In this document: piece after piece, positions 18,367 through 27,495 of the stretch
How positions within the stretch are numbered: the stretch's first letter is position 1
Layout of the letters: each line of letters opens with the position of its first letter
Assembly: GCF_000020025.1 (NCBI RefSeq)
Contig: NC_010628.1
Span: forward strand, 7,590,001 to 7,622,000
DNA from: Nostoc punctiforme PCC 73102
GTDB taxonomy: Bacteria > Cyanobacteriota > Cyanobacteriia > Cyanobacteriales > Nostocaceae
Length of the DNA stretch: 32,000 bases
Reading direction: 5' to 3'
Notes under the pieces: model-generated
Databases searched by the model: none
What the model saw: only the letters and a program-made list of their open reading frames with translations
What the model was told of the DNA's origin: nothing
Made by a program: the position numbers and the translations under genes

Positions 18367-18496
18367 GCTCATGTTCCAATACTTTTCGGGTTTTGGGGAA
18401 AAGGGTTTGAATTTCCCTTTCCCCAAAGCCCAGTAACCTTTTCCCAGACCAAAAGAGAGATTATTGGGTTTAACCGAAAAGTATTGGCTCATGTTC
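18367..18496. mobile_element. MITE-like element: 110 bp with 13-bp terminal inverted repeats, flanked by a 10-bp direct duplication
   Basis: The direct repeat gctcatgttc occurs at 18367-18376 and 18487-18496. The terminal inverted repeats are caatacttttcgg (18377-18389) and ccgaaaagtattg (18474-18486), which are perfect complements. An internal hairpin pairs ttggggaaaaggg with ccctttccccaa. Confidence 0.55.
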
Positions 18497-18560
18497 AGGA
18501 GGAATTTCAATCCTCTTCTGAATACTAAGCTAACCATCAATCAAGTTGCATCATTGTTTC

Positions 18561-18597
18561 TTTGCGTAAGGTGTCTTTCTATTAGGACTTACGCAAA
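18561..18597. repeat. hairpin repeat tttgcgtaag...cttacgcaaa
   Basis: A 10-bp perfect stem (18561-18570 with 18588-18597) encloses a 17-nt loop. It lies in the spacer downstream of the acyltransferase gene. Confidence 0.6.
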
Positions 18598-18622
18598 CAA
18601 TAGCCAAAATTCTGATTATCAG

Positions 18623-18729
18623 GTAGGGGAAATACCCTGCGGGTGACGCTCCTTCGTCGCTACCGCTGTGCTAACGCTGAAAGCGTTCTCGTAAGAGTAG
18701 CCGCTTTGCGTCACATTAATTGCCCCTAC
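18623..18729. repeat. GTAGGGG...GCCCCTAC hairpin carrying a two-level nested insertion
   Basis: The outer arms are gtagggg(a)aat and attaattgcccctac. Inside lies accctgcggg...gccgctttgcgtcac, the same insert as in 22396-22449. That insert is itself split by a 56-nt segment, tgacgctccttcgtcgctaccgctgtgctaacgctgaaagcgttctcgtaagagta. Confidence 0.7.
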
Positions 18730-18784
18730 CGCGCAGGTCTATTTCCCTCTAAAAAATGATTATTGAAATCTGCTGAATTTACGT

Positions 18785-20191
18785 CTAACTAATCATCTTC
18801 TCTAAAGCAATTTGCAAATCTTTTGTCAAATCGCTTACACCTTGTCTAGCTGCATAGCGATCGCCCTGAGAATTGCGGAAGCGTTCAGTAACTGAAATTG
18901 GCTCTCCCACAGTGATATGTGCCTGGCGCAAACCTAAGCGAGGTCGCCCTGGAAGTGTTGTATCTTGAATTCGAGAAAGCATATCGAATACAAGTAGCGC
19001 TGTTTCTGCAAACCGTTCTGCTGTCGGTTTTTCTTGAATATAAGTAGCTGTGACTGCAACAAAACTTTCCACTATCCGCATGTGTCTCATCCGCAAGTCT
19101 GCTTCTTCAGCAATCCAGTCAGCCAAACCGCGTTTAAAGGGTGGTAAAGCATTGATATCTGGCAAATCTTTCCGGTAAATGTAATTCCAACCAGCCTCTT
19201 CCAAGCGGCGACAACGGTCAATAAAATTACCCTGTGCCTGAACTCCAAAATATTGCTCAGTAACTTGTAAAGCCTTATCCAGCAAGCGATGAAGTCTGGC
19301 AATTAATACTTGATTTGGGCTAGCAGATTCATCAGTTGAGCTGGTTTTCGGGATGTCTTGATGATAGAAGCGACGATAAAATTCTTCCATCTCAGTAATG
19401 AGATATTCAGCTAACCTACAGAGGCGTTGATAGTAAATCTCTTCTTGAGTGCCCCGATCAATTTCCTTAACTGCCAAGCCGCTATCAGCTTCCAACTTAC
19501 TCAATAGCCAATCCAGTTTAGACCAAGGTGGCTCGACGTAGCGATACTGAATAGCGATCGGCACAATAATCACAGTTTCAGTGCGATTGGCTTTTTGTAA
19601 ATCTTCTACACACCAGAACCCCATTTGAGCAACGCCTGGTTCCAGTGGGCTAACAATACCACTATGACCATTAGTACCGCCTTCTGGTGCTACTGCGATC
19701 GGTAGTTCGCCATTAGTAAATAACTCCCGTGCTGTTTGGATTGCTTGCCGATCTAGTCGCCTACCGCGATGAACCGGCACACCTCCCACCCGTGAAAATA
19801 ACCAACCTAGCCAATTTCCAGCCCAAACCGTCATACCCCGATCGTAGAGAAAATAACTGTGAACAAGGGATTGCAGTGAAATACCTTCCTGACGGGCAAC
19901 TCGTGGCACAATACGGGAAAGCAAATACAGCATACACAGAGGATCTTCCACCTCTGGGTGACGGAATGCTAACAAAAAGCGAATTTTCCCAGCCTGGAAT
20001 TGTTGATAAAGTTCAGCTAATACCTCAACATTCTTGGCTTCAATACCGACAATCCCAGCCGTTAGCCAAGGGCGAGTGCGAAACCGTAGTGCGATCGGCA
20101 GTAACCACCGAACAATCTGGAGTACCAACGGGTTAAACCGTTGAGTAATAAATTTCAGTGGTGGTTGAGTAGACTGAATCGATCTAGGCAA
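18785..20191 (-). CDS. phospholipid/glycerol acyltransferase family protein (PlsC/LPLAT-like) with a long C-terminal extension
   Basis: The HX4D acyltransferase motif is present (FRHPEVED), followed by a PEGGT-type block (VAPEGGTNGHSG). The only in-frame start near the N-terminus is TTG 20191. Confidence 0.75.
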   Translation of the reverse strand: MPRSIQSTQPPLKFITQRFNPLVLQIVRWLLPIALRFRTRPWLTAGIVGIEAKNVEVLAELYQQFQAGKIRFLLAFRHPEVEDPLCMLYLLSRIVPRVARQEGISLQSLVHSYFLYDRGMTVWAGNWLGWLFSRVGGVPVHRGRRLDRQAIQTARELFTNGELPIAVAPEGGTNGHSGIVSPLEPGVAQMGFWCVEDLQKANRTETVIIVPIAIQYRYVEPPWSKLDWLLSKLEADSGLAVKEIDRGTQEEIYYQRLCRLAEYLITEMEEFYRRFYHQDIPKTSSTDESASPNQVLIARLHRLLDKALQVTEQYFGVQAQGNFIDRCRRLEEAGWNYIYRKDLPDINALPPFKRGLADWIAEEADLRMRHMRIVESFVAVTATYIQEKPTAERFAETALLVFDMLSRIQDTTLPGRPRLGLRQAHITVGEPISVTERFRNSQGDRYAARQGVSDLTKDLQIALEKMIS

Positions 20192-20322
20192 GTCGCTCTC
20201 CAGATTTTGTTTCTAGCGGTTGTACAACGTACTGAGTGAAAAGATTCATAAGTACCACTTTTTAATCAAGACTCAGCAATAAGAAACTTTTCGAAGATAG
20301 ATCCTAAATATCGAATAAAAAA

Positions 20323-20769
20323 TCACTTTGGATGTTTAGGAAAATTTCGGAGTAAATATCCAAATACAGCTAGATTTAACAAAAAGATGAATATTTTTAT
20401 CAGAGATATTCCCCGAATTAATTCATAAACTTCTGGTGGAATACTGATACCAACAAGTCCCAATACTAATACATGGGCCCAACGCTTTTCGTACCATAAA
20501 CCAACGGCTTCAATACTGGTGATAATAGCATAAACTCCTGCTCCGATGCCGCTAAATGCCAAAGTTCTAGGATTTAAGTTGATAACTTTCTTTAAAATCC
20601 AATCAATAATTATCGATTTACCTTCTAAAACATAATTTTCTGAGAAAGCCTCTAGAGTCTGATAATTTTTTAATGTCAATAATAAAGCAATGGAAGTAAC
20701 CATAAGTAGCAAGGCAGCAAATGATTTGTAGGCAACAATTGCCACTAACCCCAATGGACGCTTTTTCAA
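20323..20769 (-). CDS. DUF2127-family membrane protein
   Basis: The protein is 148 aa with 4 hydrophobic helices. The motif EAVGLWYEKRWAHVL...IPPEVYEL is typical of DUF2127 as I recall it. Confidence 0.65.
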   Translation of the reverse strand: MKKRPLGLVAIVAYKSFAALLLMVTSIALLLTLKNYQTLEAFSENYVLEGKSIIIDWILKKVINLNPRTLAFSGIGAGVYAIITSIEAVGLWYEKRWAHVLVLGLVGISIPPEVYELIRGISLIKIFIFLLNLAVFGYLLRNFPKHPK

Positions 20770-21250
20770 ACAACCCCCTAAAAATATATATAAGCCAAAC
20801 TTTGATTAACTGCCTCTGGATGATACCAACTAAGACGTTTATTGTCGCAACACTTTATCGCCTCATCTTTCCACTTTTTGTAACCAGTAAATCAAGTGTT
20901 AATACTACCGATTGAAGTGTGGGATGTGGGTTATAACTCCAAAACAGAAATATTGTTGCGGAAGATTTAGTTAAGGCTGCTGTCATTGCTAACAAATTCA
21001 ACCGCTATTTTTGAACCTCAAAATTACCTAAGTTCTGTCAGGTAACAGTTAACTTCATTATCTAGAGATTTTTCTAACTAAGTACGGCTTTGAAAATAAG
21101 GCAATTGAATGTAATACTAACTTACCTATCCCTTAACTTTTTACTTAAAAATCACCAAAACCCCATTCCGTACTAGATAAAGGTATTTTGATTGAGGTGT
21201 GTTTTATTTGGGTATTACTAGCGATCGCACTTGAGATAAATTATATCCAA

Positions 21251-21323
21251 TGGAGGTTAGCGGACTCGAACCGCTGACATCCTGCTTGCAAAGCAGGCGC
21301 TCTACCAACTGAGCTAAACCCCC
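21251..21323 (-). tRNA. tRNA-Ala (anticodon UGC), CCA not encoded
   Basis: The reverse complement is GGGGGTTTAGCTCAGTTGGTAGAGCGCCTGCTTTGCAAGCAGGATGTCAGCGGTTCGAGTCCGCTAACCTCCA. It folds as a cloverleaf with a 7-bp acceptor stem containing the G3:U70 alanine identity pair. The anticodon loop is TTTGCAA, the T-loop is GGTTCGAGTCC and the discriminator is A73. Confidence 0.95.
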
Positions 21324-21394
21324 ATAAAATTAAAATAGCAGGCAACTTCGTTTGAGGTTGCTATTGTAACTTATATTATTCTGTTACTAAAGGG

Positions 21395-22312
21395 ATGAAT
21401 TCAGAAAACACTCAAATTGTTGCAGCATTGTATAAATTTGTCAAGCTGCCAGATTTTGCCCAGAAACGAGATCCTCTGTTGTCTTACTGCCAAGCGCAAG
21501 GTGTCAAAGGGACAATTTTGTTGGCACAAGAAGGCATTAACGGTACAATTGCGGGTTCGCGTCAGGCGATTGATTCTGTTCTCTGGTTTCTGCGTAGTGA
21601 CCCCCGTTTAGCAGACCTAGAATACAAAGAGTCCTATACTGAAACTCCACCTTTTGAGCGGATGAAGGTGCGGTTGAAGTCAGAGATTGTCACTTTGGGG
21701 TTGCCTGAAATTGACCCAACTGAGAAAGTTGGCACTTATGTCAGTCCCCAAGAATGGAATGATTTGATTTGCGATCCAGAAGTAACTGTGATTGACACTC
21801 GCAATGATTATGAGGTGAATATCGGTACTTTTCAAGGAGCAGAAAATCCCCAAACTGGCTCATTCCGAGAATTTCCCGATTATGTGGTACACAACCTCGA
21901 CCCAACTAAACACAAAAAGGTTGCCTTGTTTTGTACAGGTGGCATTCGCTGTGAAAAGGCTTCATCTTTCATGCTTGCCCAAGGTTTTGCAGAAGTTTAT
22001 CATCTCAAAGGCGGCATTCTCAAGTATCTGGAAGAAGTTCCGGCACAAGAAAGTTTATGGCAAGGTGAATGTTTTGTCTTTGACGAGCGGGTAGCTGTCA
22101 GTCATGGGTTGGAGGAAGGAAGTTATGAGTTGTGCTTCTGTTGTGGGTATCCGATTTCTGAAGAAGATAAAATATCTCCAAAATATGAGCAGGGTATCTC
22201 CTGTGCCTATTGTTTTGATAGCCTCACCGAGGAGAAAAGAGCGCGTCAACAGGAAAAATGGCGGCATTACCAAACCCAAGTTGCTAATTCCAAAAATCGG
22301 GATGTAAGCTAA
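21395..22312 (+). CDS. trhO: rhodanese-domain protein of the UPF0176/YceA family (tRNA uridine(34) hydroxylase TrhO)
   Basis: The N-terminal block is [11 protein letters not shown]...[16 protein letters not shown]. The rhodanese active-site loop is [11 protein letters not shown]. The C-terminal end has a Cys cluster (CFCCG...CAYC). Confidence 0.85.
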   Translation: MNSENTQIVAALYKFVKLPDFAQKRDPLLSYCQAQGVKGTILLAQEGINGTIAGSRQAIDSVLWFLRSDPRLADLEYKESYTETPPFERMKVRLKSEIVTLGLPEIDPTEKVGTYVSPQEWNDLICDPEVTVIDTRNDYEVNIGTFQGAENPQTGSFREFPDYVVHNLDPTKHKKVALFCTGGIRCEKASSFMLAQGFAEVYHLKGGILKYLEEVPAQESLWQGECFVFDERVAVSHGLEEGSYELCFCCGYPISEEDKISPKYEQGISCAYCFDSLTEEKRARQQEKWRHYQTQVANSKNRDVS

Positions 22313-22395
22313 TGGATTTTAAGTTTGTGTAGAGGGGATCTAATACCATTTCTGTTTCAAAATGCGCTTATAAGAGTTATCCAAAACTACAGGCT

Positions 22396-22449
22396 GTAAG
22401 GGCAATACCCTGCGGGAAGCCGCTCTGCGTCTACATGAATTGCCCCTAC
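22396..22449. repeat. GTA(A)GGGCAAT...GAATTGCCCCTAC hairpin interrupted by a small (27-28 nt) insert
   Basis: The sequence reads gtaagggcaat | accctgcgggaagccgctctgcgtctac | atgaattgcccctac. The outer arms match the uninterrupted palindrome at 5082-5109. Confidence 0.7.
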
Positions 22450-22492
22450 GTGAATCAAGCGCAGCCTCACATAGAATCTCTCTAGTCTTAAC

Positions 22493-23245
22493 TTAATTTG
22501 TAGAAGTACTAAAAGATAGTGCAGATGCTTCTAGTAAATGCGAAGGGTGGCGTTTCCAAAAACTCAAAATCTCTTCGCCAACCTGTTGAGGATAGAAGTA
22601 GTGAAAAAAATGATACCCTTGTGGGCATTCCCAGAGTTTATCTTCTGGCTTCAACCAATTCAACCAGTCATGTAATACAGTTGGGTTGACTACCGGATCG
22701 CTCTTGCTACCACATACCATCATTGGCATAGAAACTCCACCCTTGGGTAAATAAACCAACTTAAACAAAGAGTGTTGTGAAGGAGATTGTTCTAAATCTT
22801 TATCTAAGGCAGCTACTAACTTCTTAGTGGTATGAGGTGGTTGATTTCCAAAAAGACTGCGAACGGTACTTGCTAAAACTAGCTCACGGCTGATACTAAA
22901 AAGTTGTCGTTGAAAGTAATAGTGAGCTTGCCAATTGTTTGCAGGTTGAGCTGCTACAGACAGCAGAGTTAGCGATCGCACTTTTTGGGGAAATCGACGA
23001 GCAAAGGTTAAAGCGATCGCACCACTCATCCCATGGCCCGCTAAATGCACGGGGCGATCGCGCCATTCTAAAAAGTTATGCAGCAACTCCACAGCTTGAT
23101 CTATGGAACTGGCTTCATCTTTGGTTTGCTGGTATTCCCACTGGGCGATTCTCATATACCCAGATAAGTAATCAAGTAATGGTTTATCAAAACGCTTCAA
23201 AATAGGACTTGCATTTAACCACAAAACATCAAATGAATCAGACAT
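22493..23245 (-). CDS. alpha/beta-fold hydrolase
   Basis: The protein is 250 aa. A nucleophile-elbow-like motif, LAGHGMSGAIAL, follows a beta-strand (PVHLAGHG). The length and layout are typical of the fold, but the substrate is unknown. Confidence 0.65.
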   Translation of the reverse strand: MSDSFDVLWLNASPILKRFDKPLLDYLSGYMRIAQWEYQQTKDEASSIDQAVELLHNFLEWRDRPVHLAGHGMSGAIALTFARRFPQKVRSLTLLSVAAQPANNWQAHYYFQRQLFSISRELVLASTVRSLFGNQPPHTTKKLVAALDKDLEQSPSQHSLFKLVYLPKGGVSMPMMVCGSKSDPVVNPTVLHDWLNWLKPEDKLWECPQGYHFFHYFYPQQVGEEILSFWKRHPSHLLEASALSFSTSTN

Positions 23246-23277
23246 AAATTACCTATAATTTCTAAACTATCAATAGT

Positions 23278-23305
23278 AGGGGCGCACAGCTAGCTGTGTG
23301 CCCCT
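23278..23305 (-). terminator. hairpin downstream of flavodoxin (aggggcgcacagc-ta-gctgtgtgcccct)
   Basis: A 13-bp stem with one G-T pair starts 6 nt after the flavodoxin stop. No clear U-tract follows, so terminator function is uncertain. Confidence 0.4.
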
Positions 23306-23310
23306 AATTT

Positions 23311-23823
23311 CTACAAACCAAATTCTGTTTTCAACTGAGCAACCCAAGTTTTAATTCGCTCATCTGTGAGATCGGATTGACTACCTTCATCAAGTGCCAA
23401 ACCAACAAACTTGCCATTTTTCAAGGCTCTAGAATTCTCAAATTCATAACCCTCTGTTGACCAGTAGCCAACAGTTTTACCGCCGCGCTGGGAAATTTTT
23501 TCTTCCAGAATTCCCATTGCATCCTGAAAGTTATCAGCATAGCCATATTGATCTCCATCACCAAAATAGGCAACTAACTTACCGCTAAAACCTATTTCAT
23601 CGAGATCGGAGAAAAAGCTTTCCCAATCGCTCTGAAGTTGACCAATATCCCAAGTTGGAGAGCCAATAATCAGTAATTCATACTCATCAAAAGTGGTAGT
23701 ATCCGCCTCATAAATGGGATGTAATGTTACAACATCACCACCAAACTCATCCCGAATTTTTTCAGCATCAGATTCAGTGTTGCCAGTTTGAGTACCATAA
23801 AACAGACCGATTTTTTTCGACAT
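23311..23823 (-). CDS. isiB: long-chain flavodoxin
   Basis: The N-terminus MSKKIGLFYGTQTGNTE carries the FMN phosphate-binding loop T-Q-T-G-N-T. The PTWDIGQLQSDW and GDQYGYADNFQDA blocks are present. The 170-aa product is very similar to Anabaena flavodoxin as I remember it. Confidence 0.93.
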   Translation of the reverse strand: MSKKIGLFYGTQTGNTESDAEKIRDEFGGDVVTLHPIYEADTTTFDEYELLIIGSPTWDIGQLQSDWESFFSDLDEIGFSGKLVAYFGDGDQYGYADNFQDAMGILEEKISQRGGKTVGYWSTEGYEFENSRALKNGKFVGLALDEGSQSDLTDERIKTWVAQLKTEFGL

Positions 23824-23952
23824 ATTGCCACCTGGTATATGAATTTGGAACGCAATAATTTACGCAAGGATACTTATTGGCCTTGCTTGTTGAAATATAT
23901 TTTTAGCTTAATGAATATCTATATCAATAAGCTTGGAGATATAGTACCAGAT

Positions 23953-23975
23953 TTATTGATAGTTTTTATCATTTA
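23953..23975 (-). promoter_or_regulatory. Fur-box-like AT-rich inverted repeat upstream of flavodoxin
   Basis: ttattgatagtttttatcattt contains TGATA-N5-TATCA. On the gene strand it reads aaatgataaaaactatcaataa, which resembles the Fur box GATAATGATAATCATTATC. A second tatcaataa half-site lies at 23922-23930. The site is about 130-150 nt upstream of the ATG. Confidence 0.4.
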
Positions 23976-24104
23976 GCTTAAGTTAAGTTTTGTAAAGGAT
24001 TTCAGGGAATAAACCGGAAAAGCGGGCGGCGGTTCATTCCAACTCAATCGGGAGTATGCCAATACGGTTCACTTAATGGCTAATGGCAAAAATTTTGGGT
24101 TTTC

Positions 24105-24127
24105 GAGACGCGATAAATCGCCGTCTC
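24105..24127. repeat. small hairpin repeat gagacgcgat-aa-atcgccgtctc
   Basis: The stem pairs gagacg with cgtctc, and an inner stem pairs cgat with atcg. It resembles small dispersed repeats of Nostoc genomes. Only one copy occurs in this window. Confidence 0.4.
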
Positions 24128-24292
24128 TACAAGTGTTTTGGTCTTACCTAAACTGTCTGTATTGAGGAGTAGACTAAAAACCGACTTCTTGTAAATGCCT
24201 TACGATATCCTTACACAATATTCAAGGGAATTACTGGTTTCAAAAGCTACATTGCTAAAAGAAGCTAGAGAGAGTAAATTTTGTGTGCATTT

Positions 24293-24601
24293 ATGAAATT
24301 AATCCAAATAATAAAAATAGCTGTAATTCCTGTTTTAACTGTATTGAGCTTGTTGTCTGCATCAAATAAAGCGCTAGCTGACTATTTAACTAGTCAGGGT
24401 TCAGGAGGTGATTATCGTTATGAATTATGGTCTAGCGATGATAATAGTCATTACTATTTGAAAGTTTGGTCATCTAAGGCAAGCCAAAACAGTGACTCAT
24501 ACACTACAACTAGAGCATTCACCTCTACTAGGGAAGCTTTAATTTATTTTGATTGCAAATATGTAGGTAAAAATTTACCCGAATGTCAGAATGTCCAATG
24601 A
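24293..24601 (+). CDS. small hypothetical secreted protein
   Basis: ATG at 24293 gives MKLIQIIKIAVIPVLTVLSLLSASNKALA-DY, a signal peptide. The mature part is Ser/Tyr/Asp-rich with 2 Cys near the C-terminus. No family was recognised. Confidence 0.5.
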   Translation: MKLIQIIKIAVIPVLTVLSLLSASNKALADYLTSQGSGGDYRYELWSSDDNSHYYLKVWSSKASQNSDSYTTTRAFTSTREALIYFDCKYVGKNLPECQNVQ

Positions 24602-24661
24602 TAATTTTGAACCCATCTCGGCAATAATTCGTTATTTATTGTAATCATGCTTGCGGACTCA

Positions 24662-24706
24662 CTAACGTAATTCGTAATTGAATTCTTGAATTACGAATTA
24701 CGTTAG
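24662..24706. terminator. 18-bp perfect hairpin built from inverted AATTACG heptamers; probable bidirectional terminator
   Basis: ctaacgtaattcgtaatt (24662-24679) pairs with aattacgaattacgttag (24689-24706) around a 9-nt loop containing GAATTC. It lies between convergent gene ends at 24601 and 24763. Confidence 0.55.
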
Positions 24707-24747
24707 CGTAGCGGGGCGTTCGCTTTTAGCGTCTCGCAGAGAAGCCC

Positions 24748-24768
24748 ATTACGAATTACGAATTACAT
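24748..24768. repeat. tandem heptamer ATTACGA x2 plus ATTACAT
   Basis: The sequence attacgaattacgaattacat was read directly. The stop codon of the 842-aa gene (24763-24765) lies inside the last unit. Confidence 0.8.
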
Positions 24769-27291
24769 TTCTGCTGGTTGATATTCTTGTTGTCTTTCCA
24801 CAAAACTCTGAACACGGGTACGGTAATTTCTGACAGTCTCATCTACCCATTCGCGATCGTTGCTATTTGCATACAGATGCACCAGTGGTTCGCTAGCATC
24901 TGGTAAAACTAACAACCAACTATCATCATAAGGTTGACAAATTTTCACTCCATCAATGAGTTCTAAGTTTTGGGCTGGGTGAGTTTCCACTAAGTAACGC
25001 ATCAAAGCACCCTTGGCTGTCCACGGACAACGGACTGTATAAGTTTTGTGAATTACACGGGGCAATTCTGACCGCGCAGCAGCTAGCGATCGCTCCTGTA
25101 TAGTCAACATCTCAATGATCTTTGCAATACAGAACATAGAATCAAATCCCGGATGCAGTTGCGGGAAAATAAAACCAGTCTCTCCACTACCTCCCAAAAC
25201 CACATTTGGATTTTTTTGACAAGCTTCCATTAAAGCTGTAGGGTTGGCTTTGGTGCGGATTACCCTGCCATCATGACGACGAGCGACTTGTTCAATAGCA
25301 CTAGAAGCATGAACCGGCACTACTACTGTTCCTCTGGGGTTAGCCGTCAGAATCATGTCTACCATCAGTGCTGTTAAAGTTTCTCCACGAATTGGGTAGC
25401 CGGATTCATCAACTAAAATCAGCTGTTCTCCATTAGCGGAGACTTGCACACCAAAGTTAGCTTTCAATGCTTCCACTACATGACCTAACTGAGTTAGCAG
25501 TCCTTCGCGATCGGTGATTGACATCGCACTTTTATTGACACTGGCATTCAGTACCACTGCATCAGCACCAAATTTATCCAACATTTGGGGTAAAACTGCC
25601 CCGGATACTGCATAAACATAATCAATCACTACTTTTGCCCGACTATTGCGGAGTGTGTGAACATGCAAAAGTTTCTCAAAAGCAGTACAGTAGCGATCCA
25701 TGACTTGGCTAGGATAAGATACATCACCAATTTCATGAATTAGCGCCCGCCGCATATCTTCCTTGAAGTAAGCACCTTCGATTTTCTTTTCCAGGGCTTT
25801 GGAGATATTAATGCCCTTAGCATCCATGAATTCAATCAGAATGTAGTCAGGGCGATCGGGGTGGACTCGCACATGGATACCACCAGCTACCGACATTGTG
25901 GGTATAACCGTGCGAGCAATGGGGATAGCTGTAGCATCGAGGTTTTGAATATCAATACCTACTGACATTAAACCAGCAATGAGCGATCGCGTCACCATCC
26001 GAGAGACATTACGCTGGTCACGGGAAACCGTTACCTTAGAACCAGGTTTTAAGGTAGAACCGTAAGCAGATCCCAATTTCACGGCGAATTCTGGGGTGAT
26101 ATCGATATTCGCTAATCCTTGCACACCACGTTGCCCAAATAAATTTCGTTGAGCGGTGTTGCCCCAAATCAAGTTAATGTTTAGAACTGCCCCTGACTCA
26201 ATCTTTTTACTTGGCCAAACGCGCACACCTGGGCTAATTTGGGCTTCTTCTCCCACCGTGGAAAGCGAACCCACAACAGCTGCTTCTAATACATGGGCGC
26301 GGCGGTCTACACGAGCGCCACGGGAAATCACACAGGCAGAAAGATGTGCTTCATCGCCAATAAATGCCCCATTCCACACTATGGGGCGTTTGAGATTAGC
26401 ATCAGCGCCAATAGTGACATTATCGCCAATTACAGTCCCGGCCTCAATTTGTACTCTTGCACCGATACGACAATTATCACCAATCACTGCTGGGGTTTCA
26501 ATTACAGCCGTATGATCGATGTAAGTATTTTGACCTACCCATAACTCATGAGAAACTTCTTTGTAGGCAAAATCGAGATTTACCTTTCGATCTAATGCAT
26601 CATATTGAGCTTCCCGATAGGCATCTAAGTGACCAACATCACACCAGTAGCCTTGAGCGATGTAACCATACATTGGCTCATCTTTTGCTAATAGTAAGGG
26701 GAATAGGTCTTTGGAAAAGTCGCATTCAATGTTTGCTGGCAGATATTCTAAAACTTCTGGTTCGAGAATGTAAGTGCCAGTGTTGACAGTATCGGAAAAA
26801 ATTTCACTACTAGAGGGTTTTTCTAAAAATCGTCGAATTCGTCTTTCCTCATCGGTAATCACCACCCCAAACTCAATTGGGTTGGGAACCCTGGTTAAAA
26901 TCAAAGTAGCTTTCGACTTATTTTGTTTGTGAAATGCGATCGCAGCCGTGAGGTCAAAATCTGTTATGCTATCACCGCTAATGACTAAAAAAGTTTCATC
27001 CAGAAGTTCGGCAATGTTTTTCACACAGCCTGCTGTACCCAAAGGCTGATCTTCTTCGACGGCATAAGTCATCTGAACACCAAAATCGCTGCCATCTTGA
27101 AAATAGTCTCGCAAGACATCAGGTAAATAATGCAATGTCGCAATAACTTCTGTAATTTGATGTCTCTTCAGAAGATTGATAATATGTTCGGCAATTGGTC
27201 GATTTAGGATTGGCACCATCGGTTTGGGCAGATCGCAAGTTAACGGGCGAAGCCGCGTTCCCGAACCCCCTGCCATAAGTACTGCACGCAT
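24763..27291 (-). CDS. sugar-1-phosphate nucleotidyltransferase (mannose-1-P guanylyltransferase-like) fused to hexapeptide-repeat and phosphomannomutase/phosphoglucomutase-like domains
   Basis: The N-terminus [18 protein letters not shown] carries the GxGxRL nucleotidyltransferase signature. Left-handed beta-helix repeats follow ([29 protein letters not shown]). The C-terminal 450 aa or so has a PGM/PMM layout ([11 protein letters not shown]..., [22 protein letters not shown]). Confidence 0.85.
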   Translation of the reverse strand: MRAVLMAGGSGTRLRPLTCDLPKPMVPILNRPIAEHIINLLKRHQITEVIATLHYLPDVLRDYFQDGSDFGVQMTYAVEEDQPLGTAGCVKNIAELLDETFLVISGDSITDFDLTAAIAFHKQNKSKATLILTRVPNPIEFGVVITDEERRIRRFLEKPSSSEIFSDTVNTGTYILEPEVLEYLPANIECDFSKDLFPLLLAKDEPMYGYIAQGYWCDVGHLDAYREAQYDALDRKVNLDFAYKEVSHELWVGQNTYIDHTAVIETPAVIGDNCRIGARVQIEAGTVIGDNVTIGADANLKRPIVWNGAFIGDEAHLSACVISRGARVDRRAHVLEAAVVGSLSTVGEEAQISPGVRVWPSKKIESGAVLNINLIWGNTAQRNLFGQRGVQGLANIDITPEFAVKLGSAYGSTLKPGSKVTVSRDQRNVSRMVTRSLIAGLMSVGIDIQNLDATAIPIARTVIPTMSVAGGIHVRVHPDRPDYILIEFMDAKGINISKALEKKIEGAYFKEDMRRALIHEIGDVSYPSQVMDRYCTAFEKLLHVHTLRNSRAKVVIDYVYAVSGAVLPQMLDKFGADAVVLNASVNKSAMSITDREGLLTQLGHVVEALKANFGVQVSANGEQLILVDESGYPIRGETLTALMVDMILTANPRGTVVVPVHASSAIEQVARRHDGRVIRTKANPTALMEACQKNPNVVLGGSGETGFIFPQLHPGFDSMFCIAKIIEMLTIQERSLAAARSELPRVIHKTYTVRCPWTAKGALMRYLVETHPAQNLELIDGVKICQPYDDSWLLVLPDASEPLVHLYANSNDREWVDETVRNYRTRVQSFVERQQEYQPAEM

Positions 27292-27495
27292 AAATCCTCC
27301 TTAAAGTAGTTACAGCCTTCAGTGCTTGAAAACGTATCACATATATTTATTCTGTTCTTCTTTCTCTAGTCTCCTATGGATATCGATTTTTGAGGAACTT
27401 TCACAAGATGCATCTACGTTGGGAATTGGGGATTGAGCAATAGTTTTTTCTTCCCATGCTTTCCCTGCTCCCCCTGCCCTCAAAAGGAAAACTGC

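Noticed and set aside
18271-18540. An 89-aa ORF on the minus strand between the acyltransferase and the 911-aa kinase.
   Set aside because: It runs straight through the MITE-like element and its flanking duplication. It has low-complexity, repeat-derived sequence (GKGYWALGKGKFKPFSPKP) and no recognisable family, so it is most likely not a gene.
20770-21394. A tRNA-Ala-associated genomic island or integration site.
   Set aside because: There is no integrase and no direct repeat of the tRNA 3' end. The flanking genes (DUF2127, trhO) look like ordinary chromosomal genes containing HIP1 or near-HIP1 sites.
21417-22307. Three short plus-strand ORFs (21417..21611, 21882..22094, 22104..22307) inside trhO.
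   Set aside because: They are alternate-frame ORFs within the trhO coding region, and the 305-aa frame carries all the rhodanese/YceA motifs.
24005-24040. A GC-rich hairpin (ggaat-aaccg...cggtt-attcc) as a possible riboswitch or sRNA between flavodoxin and the small secreted gene.
   Set aside because: Only a single 10-bp interrupted stem is visible. There is no match to a riboswitch core that I know and no terminator-like tail, so the evidence is insufficient.
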